This document shows, piece by piece, positions 31,182 through 42,868 of a stretch of 64,000 nucleotides of DNA. Source of the stretch: an uncultured Planctomycetota bacterium (GTDB lineage Bacteria > Planctomycetota > Planctomycetia > Gemmatales > Gemmataceae); NCBI GenBank assembly GCA_963849325.1, contig CAWKHF010000005.1, positions 416,001 through 480,000 on the forward strand, written 5' to 3'. Both the position numbers and the translations under genes were made by a program. Below the pieces are notes generated by a model. The model was not told where the DNA came from and did no database searches. It saw nothing but the letters and a program-made list of their open reading frames with translations. Every line of letters starts with the position of its first letter. Within the stretch, counting starts at the first letter, position 1.

Positions 31182-34100
31182 TTACTGCTTCGCTTGGATG
31201 GTCAGCGTACCGTTGGTGTCGCCGCCATCGACGAACGAGCCGCCGGCATCGTGATAGGAAACCTTGATGGTGTAGGTGCCGACTGCCAGACCCTTGGGCA
31301 CGGTGAAGTTGGCCGAGGCGCTGCCGTTGCTCACGGTCCCTTGCACGGCGTTGCCCACCGGAACGTAGCTGCCGTCGTTTAGATGCTTGAGTACCGTGAA
31401 GGTCACCGTACCTTCGGAGACTGCCGGGCTGACGGCGGCGGTGAGCGTCACTGACTGGTCGCTGCTGCTGAAATTGGCACTGACGTTGCTGGCTGTGGTC
31501 GTGACGGGGGCGATGGTCAACGTGCCGCTGGTGTCGCCGCCATCGACGAACGAGCCGCCGGCATCGCTGTAGGACACCTTGATGGTGTACGTGCCGACCG
31601 CCAGGCCGCTCGGCACGGTGAAGCTGGCCGAGGCGCTGCCGTTGCTCACGGTGCCTTGCACGGCGTTGCCCACCGGAACGTAGCTGCCGTCGTTTAGATG
31701 CTTGAGTACCGTGAAGGTCACCGTGCCTTCGGAGATCGCCGGGTTGACGGCGGCGGTGAGCGTCACCGTTTGCGTGCTTTTGCTGAACGGAGTGGTGACG
31801 TTGCCGGCCGTGGTCGTGACGGGGGCGATGGTCAACGTGCCGCTGGTGTCGCCGCCATCGACGAACGAGCCGCTGGCGTCGCTGTAGGACACCTTGATGG
31901 TGTAGACGCCGACTGCCAGACCCTTGGGCACGGTGAAGTTGGCCGAGGCGCTGCCGTTGCTCACGGTGCCTTGCACGGCGTTGCCCACCGGAACGTAGCT
32001 GCCGTCGTTTAGATGCTTGAGTACCGTGAAGGTCACCGTGCCTTCGGAGATCGCCGGGTTGACGGCGGCGGTGAGCGTCACCGTTTGCGTGCTTTTGCTG
32101 AACGGAGTGGTGACGTTGCCGGCCGTGGTCGTGACGGGGGCGATGGTCAACGTGCCGCTGGTGTCGCCGCCATCGACGAACGAGCCGCTGGCGTCGCTGT
32201 AGGACACCTTGATGGTGTAGACGCCGACCGCCAGGCCGCTCGACACGGTGAAGCTGGCCGAGGCGCTGCCGTTGCTCACGGTCCCTTGCACGGCGTTGCC
32301 CACCGGAACGTAGCTGCCGTCGTTTCGATGCTTGAGTACCGTGAAGGTCACCGTACCTTCGGAGACTGCCGGGCTGACGGCGGCGGTGAGCGTTACCGTT
32401 TGCGTGCTTTTGCTGAACGGAGTGGCGACGTTGCCGGCCGCGATCGTGACGGAGGCGGTGCCGCTGATGGTCAGTGTGCCGTTGGTGTCGCCGCCATCGA
32501 CGAACGGGCCGCCGGCATCGCTGTAGGATACCTTGATGGTGTACGTGCCGACCACCAGGCCGCTCGGCACGGTGAAGCTGGCCGAGGCGCTGCCGTTGCT
32601 CACGGTCCCTTGCACGGCGTTGCCCACCTGATGGCCGTTGCCATCGAACACCGTGAAGGTGGCGATGCCGCCGGTGATCGCCGGGCTGACGGCGGCGGTG
32701 AGCGTCACCGCCTGGCCGCTGCTGCTGAAATGGACGCCGACGTTGCCGGCCGTGGTCGTGACGGGAGCGGTGCTGATGGTCAGCGTGCCGTAGGTGTCGC
32801 CGTTATCGACATACGAGCCGGTGGCGTCGCTGTAGGAGACCGCGATGGTGTAGGCGCCGACCGCCAGGCCGGTCGGCACGGTGAAACTGGCCGAGGCGTG
32901 GGCGCCGCTCACGTTCCCTTGCACCGTGTTGCCCACTTGGTTGCCGTTGCCGTCGAGCACCTTGAAGGTGGCGACGCCTTCGCTGATCGCCGGGCTGGTG
33001 GCGGCGGTGAGTGTCACCGTTTGCGTGCCTGGGCTGAACGACGTGCCGGCGTTGCCGGCCGCGATCGTGACGGGGGCGGCGTGATGGTCAGTACGCCGAG
33101 GACCTGGCTGCTTTGGACGGACGAACCGCTGATATCGTTGTAGGAGGGCACGATATAGTAGGTGCCGACCGCCAGCCCCTGGGGCACGGTGAAACTGGCC
33201 GAAGCGCTGCCGTTGCTGACGCCTCCTAGCACCGCATTGCCCACCGGATGATCGTTGATATCGACCACCGTGAAGGTCACGACGCCCTGGCCCGTGATCG
33301 CTGGGCTGACGCTAGCGGTGAGCGTCACCGTTTGCGTGCTTTGATGGAACGACGTGCCGACGCTGCCGCCCACGATCGCGACAGGGACGGGATTGATGGT
33401 CAGCGTGCCGCTCGTGTCACTGCCATCGGCGAACGAGCTGCCGGCATCGCTGTAGGAGACCGCGATGATGTAGGAGCCGACCGCCAGGCCATTCGGCACG
33501 GTGAAACTGGCCGAGGCGCTGCCGTTGCTGACGTTGCCTTGCACGGCGGTGCCGACCTGATAGCCGTTTTGCACCACCTGCTGATACACCGTGAAGGTCA
33601 CGGTGCCCTCGGTGACCGGGCTGGACCCGGAGACGGAGGCGGTGAGCGTCACGTTTTGGCCGTTCGCGCTGAAAGTGGCGCCGGCGTTGCCGGCCGTGGT
33701 CGTGACGGCGACGGGACTGAACTCGACGGCGCCGAGGTCCACGATCGAATGGACGACGCGGGAGAAGCCGGAGCCGCGCTGATCGTTCGGCCCGGTGGCG
33801 CTTTCGGTGCTGTTGTCGCCGCGGTCGATGGCCGGGCTGCCGGGCAGCAGCGCCATCGTCTGCGTCGGCCCGCCGTTGTTCCCGAGCGGCCCCAGCAGCG
33901 GATTGACCGGCGCGTTGGGCGTGCCCACGATGTCGCCGTTTTGCACGGCGCTGAAGCCGGTGGCGTCCTTGTCGTCGCCGATCAGCGTATGGTCGCTGGT
34001 GGTGACGGCGCCGGCGAAGTCGGGTCCGGTGGCGGCGACGTTGGTGGCGATGAGGGTGTTGGTCAGGTTGACGGGATTGCCGCCTTCGTTCCAGATGCCG

Positions 34101-35587
34101 CCGCCCTGGGTGGAGCCGATCAGCCCTTGCAGGCCGGCCGTGCCGCCGATGCCGCCGATGCCGGCGGCCCCGCCGCCGCCGGCTCCGACGAAGTTGCCGG
34201 CGATGGTGACGTTGAAGGTGTCGAGGATCTGGGCGTTGCCGATGCCGCCGCCCCAGGCCACGCCGCCGTTGCCGCCATTGCCGCCATAGTTGCCGCCCGC
34301 CAAGCCGTTGCCACCTCCGTTGCCGCCCGCGCCGCCCTTGCCACTATAGGGGTTGTTGTCGGCCACAGTGGTGTCGATCAGCGTCAGGGTACCCGTCTCG
34401 ATGTGGAAGCCGCCGCCGTCCGCTCCGCCCCCCTTGCCGCCGTTGCCGCCTTCGCGATTCGTATTGCTGTTGGCCGTCTCGGTGCTGCCGTTGCCGCCGT
34501 TGCCGCCATCGCCCCCCACGACGAAGTTGCCGGATGTCGTGCTGTCCCGCACCGTGACCTCTCCGGGACCGAGGCACACGCCGCCGCCGGCGGCGGGGCC
34601 GCCGTCGCCGCCGTTGTCCCCGACGAGGTCCCCGGTAAAGCCCTTGCCGCCGTCGCCGCCCCGGGCCGTATTGCCGGAGATCGTCGTGGTATCGATCTGC
34701 ACCGAGCCGCCGTTAACGTAGAGTCCGCCGCCGAGACCGGCGCCGCCGCCGCCGCCCTCACTCTGGCTCACCGTTCCATTGTTGCCGTGGCCACCGTTCG
34801 CTTGGTTGCCCGCGATCAAGCTATTGGCGATGGCCAAAAGACTGCCCTCGTCATCGATCCCCCCGCCTTCGGCAGACACATCGCCATGAGTGACCGAGGC
34901 GATGTTGTTCTGAACAACGGCATTCGTCAGCGTCAAGGTTCCGCCCGCGCTATAGATGCCGCCGCCGTACGCGGACCCAGCACTGGCGTTTGTCACCTGG
35001 TTGTTCTGCACCGCCACGTTGCTCAGCGTCACATTGCCGCCGTTATTGAGGATGCCGCCGCCTCGGCCGACGGAGAAGGTGTTTGTGCCGTCGTCCTGGG
35101 CATTGCCGCCCTGGATGACGAGGTTCTCGAAGAGGACCGTGACGCCGGGGGCGACCTGGAAGACGCGATCGTTCAGCTGGCTGGCGTCGATGACGGTGGC
35201 GTTGGGTCCACTATCGCCCGCGCCCTCGATGACGATGGTGCGCGTCGTGTTCGTGAGGTTCAGATCGCCTTGCGTGGCGCCCGTCGGGCCACTCGTGTTC
35301 TGGATGTTCAGCGTGTACATGCCGCCCTGGAGCTGGATGACGTCGGTGCCGCTACTGGCGGTGTCCTGGTTGGCGGCGATGACGGCGTTGCGCAGGGTGT
35401 TGACCTGGCTGTCGCCGCTGACGCCGTCGCCGAAGGTCGTTGGAGTAAAGGTACTCGGGAGGGTACGCTCCTCCAGGTGCTCCAGGTACGGCCGGAACCT
35501 CGGCCGGATCGGTGCGCGGCTGCGTTTGGGCTGGCGCGAGCCGAACAACCAACGCTGGATTTGACGTGTCCACCAAATGCGATACAT
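31182..35587 (-). CDS. Large secreted protein: LEPR-XLL-like leader, Gly-rich beta-helix/choice-of-anchor Q region, about 8 Ig-like repeats (frameshift near 33075)
   Basis: LEHLEERTLPS, GGGI repeats, LGPLGNNGGPTQTMALLPGSPAID..DQRG..DLGAVE, repeated TLTAAVSP..EGTVTF..GSASASF..GTYTIKVSY units. Confidence 0.85.
31190..32450. repeat. Four near-identical 315-bp tandem repeats encoding Ig-like domains
   Basis: ttgagtaccgtgaaggtcaccg recurs at 31387, 31702, 32017 and 32332. Confidence 0.9.
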
Positions 35588-35803
35588 AATGTCTCCTTCT
35601 AGAGACCCCGGCTGAGGGTCGTGCGAGGCTCGATGCCGCCAAGATTCCCCACGGTGGCAAACGTTGCCATCGCGGGGCGAAAAGGGAACGCGGCTCGTTT
35701 CCGCGGTACGCGCGGGAAAAGAGTCTGCATTCCTTTTTCTGTCTCTGTCCTCTTCCGTCCTTGCGGGGAAAGGGTTGCGTCCCTCCTCGCCGCGGAGGGC
35801 CGA

Positions 35804-37975
35804 TCACGACGACTTGTTGCCGCTGATGGCGTTGAAGGCCAGGTCCTCGCCCAGGAAGACCGCCACCTCGCCCAATTGCGTGGGGAACAGGATGTCGCTG
35901 TCAATCGCCGTCTGCAACTGGGCGATCGTCGCATCCAGGGAGGCATGGGGCACGCCCTGCAACGCTTCGATTTCGCTGAAGAGCGTATACAGCGTCAGCT
36001 CGAACTCCTCGATCACCAGGCCGAAGAAACCTGCGTTCGTCGGCGTCGGCGTCGGCGTTGGGGTGGGTGTCGGTGTCGGCGTCGGGATCGAAACCTGGAC
36101 GGAACCCAGGTCGATGGGGCCGCCGGACGGGCGCGATCGTCCGCGCTGATCGAGGCCGGGGCTGACGACGGGGTTGCCCTCGCCGAGGACCGGACTGTTA
36201 GCGGCGGGCAGCAGGGTTTGCGTCAGGCCGCCGTTGTTTTGCAGCGTGCCGAGGTTGGGGTTGAGCGAACTGAGGATGACCCCCGGTGCGATGCCGCCGG
36301 TATTCGTCACCAGCGTGTTCATCACCAGGTTGGAGGTGCCGCGTACCGAGGCCAGGTTCGTCCCCCCGCCGTTGATCGCCTGCGAGGCGAGGTCGCTGCC
36401 GCCGGCGGTGGTGGCCAGGATGCTGTTGTTCAGGAAGAGCTGGGCCGAAACCGGGTTGCCGGTGTCGATGTCGTCGCCGATGGCCAGGTTGTAGACCGCG
36501 CCGCCGTCGGCGCTGGCACCGGTACCGACGTTGGCCTCGACGTTGTTGCGGGCCAGGGTGTCATTGGTCAGGATGGTCTGACCGTCGAGGTTGAAGAGGG
36601 CGCCGCCGAAGGCGCTGCCATCGCCGGCGCTGACGGAGGAGCCGGTAGGCTTGGCGCCGAGGCCGCCCACAGCGCTGTTGTTGGTGAGCGTGCAGTTGAC
36701 GATGGTGACCAGGCCGCTCTCGTTATCCTCGGAGTCGGCCCCCATGCTGAAGATGGCGCCCCCGAAACCGGCACCACCGCCGCCGCCGCTGGCGCCGGCA
36801 TTGCCGCCGATGCCGGAACCGCCGCCGAAGCCGCTGAAGCCACCGGCGCTGGACCCACCGATGCCACCGGCGCCGCCACCGCTGCCGAAGCCCCCGCTGC
36901 CGCCTGCGCCTCCGGTCGTGTTGGCGAGGGAGCCTCCATTTCCACCTGCTCCTCCGCCGCCGCCGAAGCCCCCGTTGCCGCCGTTGCCGCCGTTGTTAAC
37001 GGCGGTGTCACCGCCACCGCCGCCGCCACCGCCGCCGACGCCGCCGCCGCCGCCGCCGACAGGGAAGCCGCCGAAGCCGCCACCCCCGCCGCCGCTGAAG
37101 TTGCCGCCGAAGCCGCCGAAGCCGCCAACGCTGCCATCGCCGCCGATTCCATCCTGCGCGGATAAAGCCGTCACCGCCGAAGCCGCCGGAGTCGCCGGAG
37201 CTGTCGCCGCCCTTATCCTCCTTGTGGAAGCCACCGCCGCCGCCGCCGCCAGGGGAGGCGCTGGTTCCACCCTCGCCGCCCAGGCCGGCGAGACCGGGAC
37301 CGAAGCCGCCGCCATTGCCGCCGCCCGAACTATTCGTTGAGGCATCCGTACCCATGCCGCCGCCACCGCCGCCGTTACCGGAGATGGGGGAGATATCGGC
37401 GGCGCCGCTGCCGCCCTCCGCCTCATTATTGGTCAATGTCACAGCGTTCAGGTTCAGTACGCCCTGGTTGAAGATCGCACCCCCCGCGCCCATGCCGCCG
37501 CCGCCGCCGTCCCGGCCATTGCCGCCCACGGCCAGGCCGCCCTCCAGTGTCACGTTGACCAGCGCCAGGTTGCCCTGGGGCAGCTCCAGGCCGCCCGACA
37601 CGTAGAACAGCCGGAAGGCGGGCGCGAGCGGATCGCGGGCGATGGTGGCGCCGTTGCCTTGGATGACGACGTTGCCCTCGACGGCCGGCAGGCCGGTGGG
37701 GCCGTACCAGGAGTTGTTCACCGCCGTCAGCGTGTAGGTGGTTCCCGCCTGCAAGTTGATGATGGTCGTGATCCCCTGAGTCTGCGCGAAATTCAGGTCG
37801 GTGATCAGGTCCGCCGTGTTGGCCGCATTGAACGTCTGCGTCGTCGGCACCAACCGGCTTTCCAGTTGCTCCAGGACCGGCCGGAACCTCGGCCGACTCG
37901 CGCGCGGCGCCGTTTCGGCCCGCGCGAGCCGAACAACCAACGCTGGATCTGACGCTGCCACCCCATGCGACACAT
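35804..37975 (-). CDS. Secreted Gly-rich protein with LEPR-XLL-like leader and choice-of-anchor Q region (frameshifts)
   Basis: MCRMGWQRQIQRWLFGSR..LEQLESRLVP, PE-PGRS-like Gly runs, LQNNGGLTQT..DQRG..DLGSVQ, PT linker. Confidence 0.8.
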
Positions 37976-38232
37976 GATGTCCTCTTTTCCTCGGACGCTC
38001 CCGCAGGAGCGTGCGCCGCTGGCTAAGAGGGAGAGAAAACGAGGTGATCGCTTTCCCTTGGTCTCCTCAAAGCTCAAGCCAACGCCTCAAGAATTCGGCC
38101 ATCTTCTTCACGCTCTCTCCCTAGACCCGGAAAGAGCGCCTATCGCGCCGCGCTCCGATCCATTTTTTTTCGCGGGGAGGAAAAAAGAATGCGACAGCGT
38201 TCGGACGACTTGACGTGAAGTGCTAACTTTTC

Positions 38233-38311
38233 GAGGGTCTTCTTTCCGAGCCTGAAGCGTAAGCGAAGGGATACCCTTCGCTTACGCTTCAGGCTCGGAA
38301 AGAAGACCCTC
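38233..38311. repeat. REP-like palindrome family A, copy 3 (38-bp perfect arms)
   Basis: gagggtcttctttccgagcctgaagcgtaagcgaaggg-ata-cccttcgcttacgcttcaggctcggaaagaagaccctc. Confidence 0.92.
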
Positions 38312-38345
38312 CGAGCCGCCGCTCGGAAACCGTTTCCAAACTACG

Positions 38346-38397
38346 AGCCCGGAGCGCCAGCGACGGACGGAAAAATCCGTCGCTGGCGCTGCGGGCT
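38346..38397. repeat. REP-like palindrome (GAGCGCCAGCGA family)
   Basis: agcccggagcgccagcgacgga / tccgtcgctggcgctgcgggct; related to 48469-48524. Confidence 0.8.
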
Positions 38398-38443
38398 AAT
38401 GGTGTGGAAACCGCTCCGCTCCGAAATCGGGAAGAGAATTCGG

Positions 38444-41400
38444 TCAGGGCGGCGTGGCCGAGTCCACTTGGATCCGCAAGGGCTTGCTGTCCGCGCTCTC
38501 CCCGCGCGACGGATAGGCAGGGAGATGCCAGTCCAGCCCCATCGCGGCCAACTGCCGGCGGATCGCTCGCAGATCCCAAACGCGAATCCAGGCGCCGGGC
38601 CCCGCGCCGGCGGTCAGCAACTGTGTACCGTCCGGGCTGAAACAGATCCAGGCGACGCGAACCTGGTCGGGGTCTTCCAGCCGGGCGTACTCCCGGCCTG
38701 TGTCCGGGTCCACCAGCCGCAGCGCGCCATGGCCGGTCTCCGTCGCCAACAGCTTCTCGACCGGCGAAAAGGCGAAGGCGGCCCCGGGGATGCCGCCGAG
38801 GCGAGGCCCTTCACGCCACGAGCCGACGGCCCATAACCGCAAGCCGTTGCCGCGGGCCGCCAGCCAGCGGCCGTCCGGACTGAAGCCGACGCGCACCCAG
38901 CCTTCCGAAGACAACAGCTCCTTTTCCAGCCGGCCGGTGCGGGCGTCCCACACCTTGGCGCCGGTGCCGTGCTGGCTGCCGGTGGCAACCCAGCTGCCGT
39001 CGGGACTGACGGCGACCGCCCGCGCGTCCTCGTGCGGCTTCAGCCGGATCGGCCGACCGGGGTAGTCGTCGTGCAGCACCCAACCGCCCGCGCCATCCGC
39101 GCTCGCCAGCACCCGGCCATCGAGGCTGCAAGCGATTTGCCCGCCCGCGGTCTCCGGCAGAGGAAGCCGCCGCGGCGGACCGAGCCGCACCGTCCCCACC
39201 AACGCCGGGTCCGACCGGAACGGCCAGCGGAAGGTCCCGGACGGCCCGCTGGTCAACAGCGCGCCCGACGGCTCAAACGAGACGACGTCCAGGGGGGAAG
39301 CTACCGAGGCGGAGGCGAGCCGTTCCCCCGTGCGCGGATCCCAGAGGCCAAACCCGTCGGGCGTGCAGGCGGCCAGGACGAGGCCGTCGGGACGGACCGC
39401 GAATGGACCGTACGGCGCCCGCCCCCAGGCCGGGTTCTGAATCAGCCGACGACACTCCCGGCCCCGGACGATTTCCCAGAAGCGGAGCTTGTTGTCCTTG
39501 ACGTCCGCCGCCAGCAGGCGGTCCTTCGCGCCGAAGCGGAGGGACGCGCCGGTGAAGCGTGCCGGCGTATGAAACACTTCCAGGCCTGTGCGCGGGTCCC
39601 ACAGCCGCAGCATGTGCTCCCAGCCGTAACTGGCCAAGAGATCGCCCGCGCGGTTGAAGGCGATCCGCAGTCCACCGTTCTTCCATCTCCGCAGCTCGGC
39701 GGCTTTCCGCGGCGCCGCCACGTCCCAGACGTGAATGCCCTGGTCGCTGCTCACCACCGCCAACGTCTGGCCGTTGGGGTGCCAGGCCAGGCGCTCGGCG
39801 CCCGCCTGGGGCAGATCGTTGCGGACATCTCCCGTATCGAGGTCGCGGACCTGAACGCCCTCGGCATGGGAAACCGCCAGCCGCCGACTGTCGGGATGGA
39901 AAGCGGCGAACGCGATCGGGTGCGGACCGGCCTTCAACCGCCGGACGCGCTGGCCGGAAGTCAGGTCGTACAGGCTGATCGTACCATCGCCATGGACGAG
40001 GGCGGCCCGCCGGCCGTCCGGGCTGAAGTCATGGGCGACGCAGTCCAGTTCGGAGGCGACGACCACGGGCTTGCGGCCGTCCAGCTTCCACAGCTCGCAC
40101 CGGGGCGAAGTGGCGAGCGTCAGGAACGCGCCGTCCGGGCTCAGCCGGGGCCGCGGGTCCCGCATCCCGGAAGCGAAGTGATGGAGTAGCGTATCGTCGG
40201 CCACGCGGCCGATGCGGACGCCGCCGGCGCGGTCGGTGCGAACGTAGCGCTCCAGGGCGGCGTCGAAATCGACATGCGCGCTGCCGGCCGGCCAGCCGTC
40301 CCATTCCCGGGCGATGCGCACGTCGGGCAAGGCCAGGCAGGCAATGACCTGGTTGCGGAGTTCGAGGACATCGCTCTCGGGCAGGTTCATCTCGCGGGCC
40401 ATCTGCGTCGCTTCCGCCAGGAGGTCCAGGCTGTCGAAGCGCTGCCCCATGCGTCGGCTCAGCCGGCCGGCCCGCGCCTGGGCCACCAGCGCCGCATACA
40501 GCCGTCGCATCGCTTGGCCTTCGGCCCGTTCGGTAAGTTGCAATTGCTGCCGGGTAGCCTGCTGCTCCTCGTGCAGCCAGAACGCGGCCAGCGAGGCGAT
40601 AACGGCGATCGTCGCCAGCAGCAGGGCCGCCGAAAGCAGCGCCGTCCTCGTCACGCCCTTGTGCCGCCGCGACCAGCGGCGTACTTTCTGCGCCAGCGTG
40701 GGACGCCGAGCGCAAATGGCCCGGTCCTCCAGATAGCGCCGCAGGTCGTTCGCCAACTCCTGAGCCGTGGCGTAACGCTCGTCGGGATGCTTGGCCAACG
40801 CCTTGAGCACCACCGTCTCCAGGTCCGCCGGGATGGCCTTGTTCCAGCGCCGCGGCGCGTGCATCTCTTCCAGGGCGATCTGCCGCAACAATTCTTGCCG
40901 GTCCCGGCCATCAAAGACCGGCTCCCCCGTCAACAACTCGTAGAGCACCGCGCCGAGCGAATAAATGTCGGTGCGGTGGTCGATGCCGACGCGCTGCGCC
41001 AGCGCCTGTTCCGGACTCATGTAGCGGAGCGTGCCCATCAGATCACCCGTCATGGTCAGTCCGGCCTGGTTCTGGCAATGGGCCAGGCCGAAGTCGGTGA
41101 TCCACAGGTTGCCGCAGCCGTCCAGCAGCAGATTGGCCGGCTTGATGTCGCGATGCACCACGCCCAGCTGATGGGCGTGCTCCAACGCCTCGGCCACCTG
41201 GATGCCCAGCCGTGCCACCATACGGAAGAACGCCGGGTCTCGCGTGGAATGATCGACGACGACGGCAGGGACCGCCGCGGGGACCGTGGACGCATAAACC
41301 TCCGTGGCTTGCGGATCGAACACCGGGGCCGTCCCGCGCGAAGCGGATCCCTCCCTCGCGTTGGCGCCCACTCCCCGCCGCAGTTCGTGGATGAGGCCGG

Positions 41401-41968
41401 CCAGGGTCTGACCGTCGATGAACTGCATGGCGTAATAATGCACGCCGCGCTCGCAGCCGACGCCGTAGACCGGGACGATGTTCTGATGATGCAGATGAGC
41501 GGCCGACTGGGCTTCGTTCTTGAAGCGCTGCAGTTGCCTGGCGTCGAGGGTGGACGCGAAGGGCAACACCTTGAGGGCGACGCGACGGCCCAGGGACATC
41601 TGCACGGCTTCGTAGACCACGCCCATGCCGCCACGGCCGACCTCGCGGACGAGGCGGTAATCGCCCAGGGGGGCCTCTGGCTCGACGTTTGCTGCCGCGG
41701 ACTGGTCCGCGGGGAGGGGCACGGACGGATGCAGAAGCGGGGCGGCCGCTTGAATGAACTCCAGGCCATCCAGGCAATCGGCCAACGCCGCCGCGATGTC
41801 CGGATAGCGGGCCAGGAACTCGTGTCGCTCTGGCCCGTTCCCCGCCTGGTGCGCGGCCAGATACTCCTCCACGGCTTGCAGCACCCGCGGATCCTCCAGA
41901 GACGGCTCGATCGGTGGGCCGGGTGAGGGAGGAACCGCGACGGGATGGAAGTCTTCCGTGTGCTTCAT
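38444..41968 (-). CDS. Ser/Thr protein kinase with WD40 repeats
   Basis: GRGGMGVVY, VALKVL, HRDIKPAN, DFGLA, GTLRYMSPEQ, a TM helix, and multiple FSPDG/WD repeats. Confidence 0.95.
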   Translation of the reverse strand: MKHTEDFHPVAVPPSPGPPIEPSLEDPRVLQAVEEYLAAHQAGNGPERHEFLARYPDIAAALADCLDGLEFIQAAAPLLHPSVPLPADQSAAANVEPEAPLGDYRLVREVGRGGMGVVYEAVQMSLGRRVALKVLPFASTLDARQLQRFKNEAQSAAHLHHQNIVPVYGVGCERGVHYYAMQFIDGQTLAGLIHELRRGVGANAREGSASRGTAPVFDPQATEVYASTVPAAVPAVVVDHSTRDPAFFRMVARLGIQVAEALEHAHQLGVVHRDIKPANLLLDGCGNLWITDFGLAHCQNQAGLTMTGDLMGTLRYMSPEQALAQRVGIDHRTDIYSLGAVLYELLTGEPVFDGRDRQELLRQIALEEMHAPRRWNKAIPADLETVVLKALAKHPDERYATAQELANDLRRYLEDRAICARRPTLAQKVRRWSRRHKGVTRTALLSAALLLATIAVIASLAAFWLHEEQQATRQQLQLTERAEGQAMRRLYAALVAQARAGRLSRRMGQRFDSLDLLAEATQMAREMNLPESDVLELRNQVIACLALPDVRIAREWDGWPAGSAHVDFDAALERYVRTDRAGGVRIGRVADDTLLHHFASGMRDPRPRLSPDGAFLTLATSPRCELWKLDGRKPVVVASELDCVAHDFSPDGRRAALVHGDGTISLYDLTSGQRVRRLKAGPHPIAFAAFHPDSRRLAVSHAEGVQVRDLDTGDVRNDLPQAGAERLAWHPNGQTLAVVSSDQGIHVWDVAAPRKAAELRRWKNGGLRIAFNRAGDLLASYGWEHMLRLWDPRTGLEVFHTPARFTGASLRFGAKDRLLAADVKDNKLRFWEIVRGRECRRLIQNPAWGRAPYGPFAVRPDGLVLAACTPDGFGLWDPRTGERLASASVASPLDVVSFEPSGALLTSGPSGTFRWPFRSDPALVGTVRLGPPRRLPLPETAGGQIACSLDGRVLASADGAGGWVLHDDYPGRPIRLKPHEDARAVAVSPDGSWVATGSQHGTGAKVWDARTGRLEKELLSSEGWVRVGFSPDGRWLAARGNGLRLWAVGSWREGPRLGGIPGAAFAFSPVEKLLATETGHGALRLVDPDTGREYARLEDPDQVRVAWICFSPDGTQLLTAGAGPGAWIRVWDLRAIRRQLAAMGLDWHLPAYPSRGESADSKPLRIQVDSATPP

Positions 41969-42581
41969 GAGGAGTCTCCTACCAAATGGCGTAAGCGTGC
42001 CAGGCCGCGCAGCCACACGTTTTTGACGCTATCCAGAGTGCGGCCGAGGCGGCGGGCCACCTCGGGCATGCTCAGCCCTTGCAAGTGATGCAGGATCAGC
42101 ACCTCGCGATAATCGTCGGGCAACTGCCGCAGGGCGTCGGCCAGCAACACGGCCTGCTCGCGTCGCACGGCCCGCTGGCTGGGAGAACTGCCTGGGGCCG
42201 CCAGCCCCTGATCGAGGAGGCGCGACGATTGATCCAACTCCATCGCCAACTGGCGCTCCAGCGCACGTCTCGCCGCTGGACGCCGCAATAGTGGCGGATC
42301 AGCTTCTCCAGCCGGGAGGCGAGAATGTGCCGTAGCCAGCTGACCAGCTCCCCCTCGCTGGTCCCTCGGAACTGGACGAAACAGTCGTGCGCTTGCAAGA
42401 ACGTGTCCTGAACCAAATCGGCGGCATCGACCTTTCCTCGCAAGCGTCGGCCGATTTGCAGGCGGGCCAGTAGTTCCAGATAGCCCTGGTACAACTCAAA
42501 CAGCTGCCCCAGGGCCGAACCGTCGCCGGCACGGGCCAGACGCAACAGCTGTTCCGGGTCCGAATCGGGGAGACGGTTCAT
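41965..42581 (-). CDS. ECF sigma-70 factor, planctomycete STK-associated type (frameshift near 42270)
   Basis: DAADLVQDTFL, WLRHIL, LPDDYREVLIL..GLSMPEVARRLGR. ATGA overlap with the kinase start. Confidence 0.9.
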
Positions 42582-42660
42582 GGAGATGGTCCTCTTCGCT
42601 ATTAGACCCGGAATGAGTGGCCTTCGCGCCGCAATAATACCGATTTTCTCGCCAACCTGT

Positions 42661-42713
42661 CCGAGCCTGAAGCGTAAGCGAAGGACGTCCCTTCGCTTAC
42701 GCTTCAGGCTCGG
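42661..42713. repeat. REP-like palindrome family A, copy 4
   Basis: Same arms as the other copies. Confidence 0.9.
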
Positions 42714-42868
42714 TTGAGGATGCGATTCTGCCGGCCTTAGCAGATGTAGCTTCTCGTGAAGATGGAAAATCCGCGAAGGCTGCGGGACGTGCTTCGTTTG
42801 TGCGGCGGCTTGGAATACAGTAGGTCTACTCTCGAATTCCCGAAATCGGAACAGGGAGACCCACTCGC

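Noticed and set aside
31190-32450. Regular repeats as a CRISPR array
   Set aside because: The 315-bp coding repeats have no unique spacers, and no cas genes are in the window.
38444-42581. ECF sigma + Ser/Thr kinase-WD40 pair as a novel system
   Set aside because: This is a well-described, abundant planctomycete arrangement.
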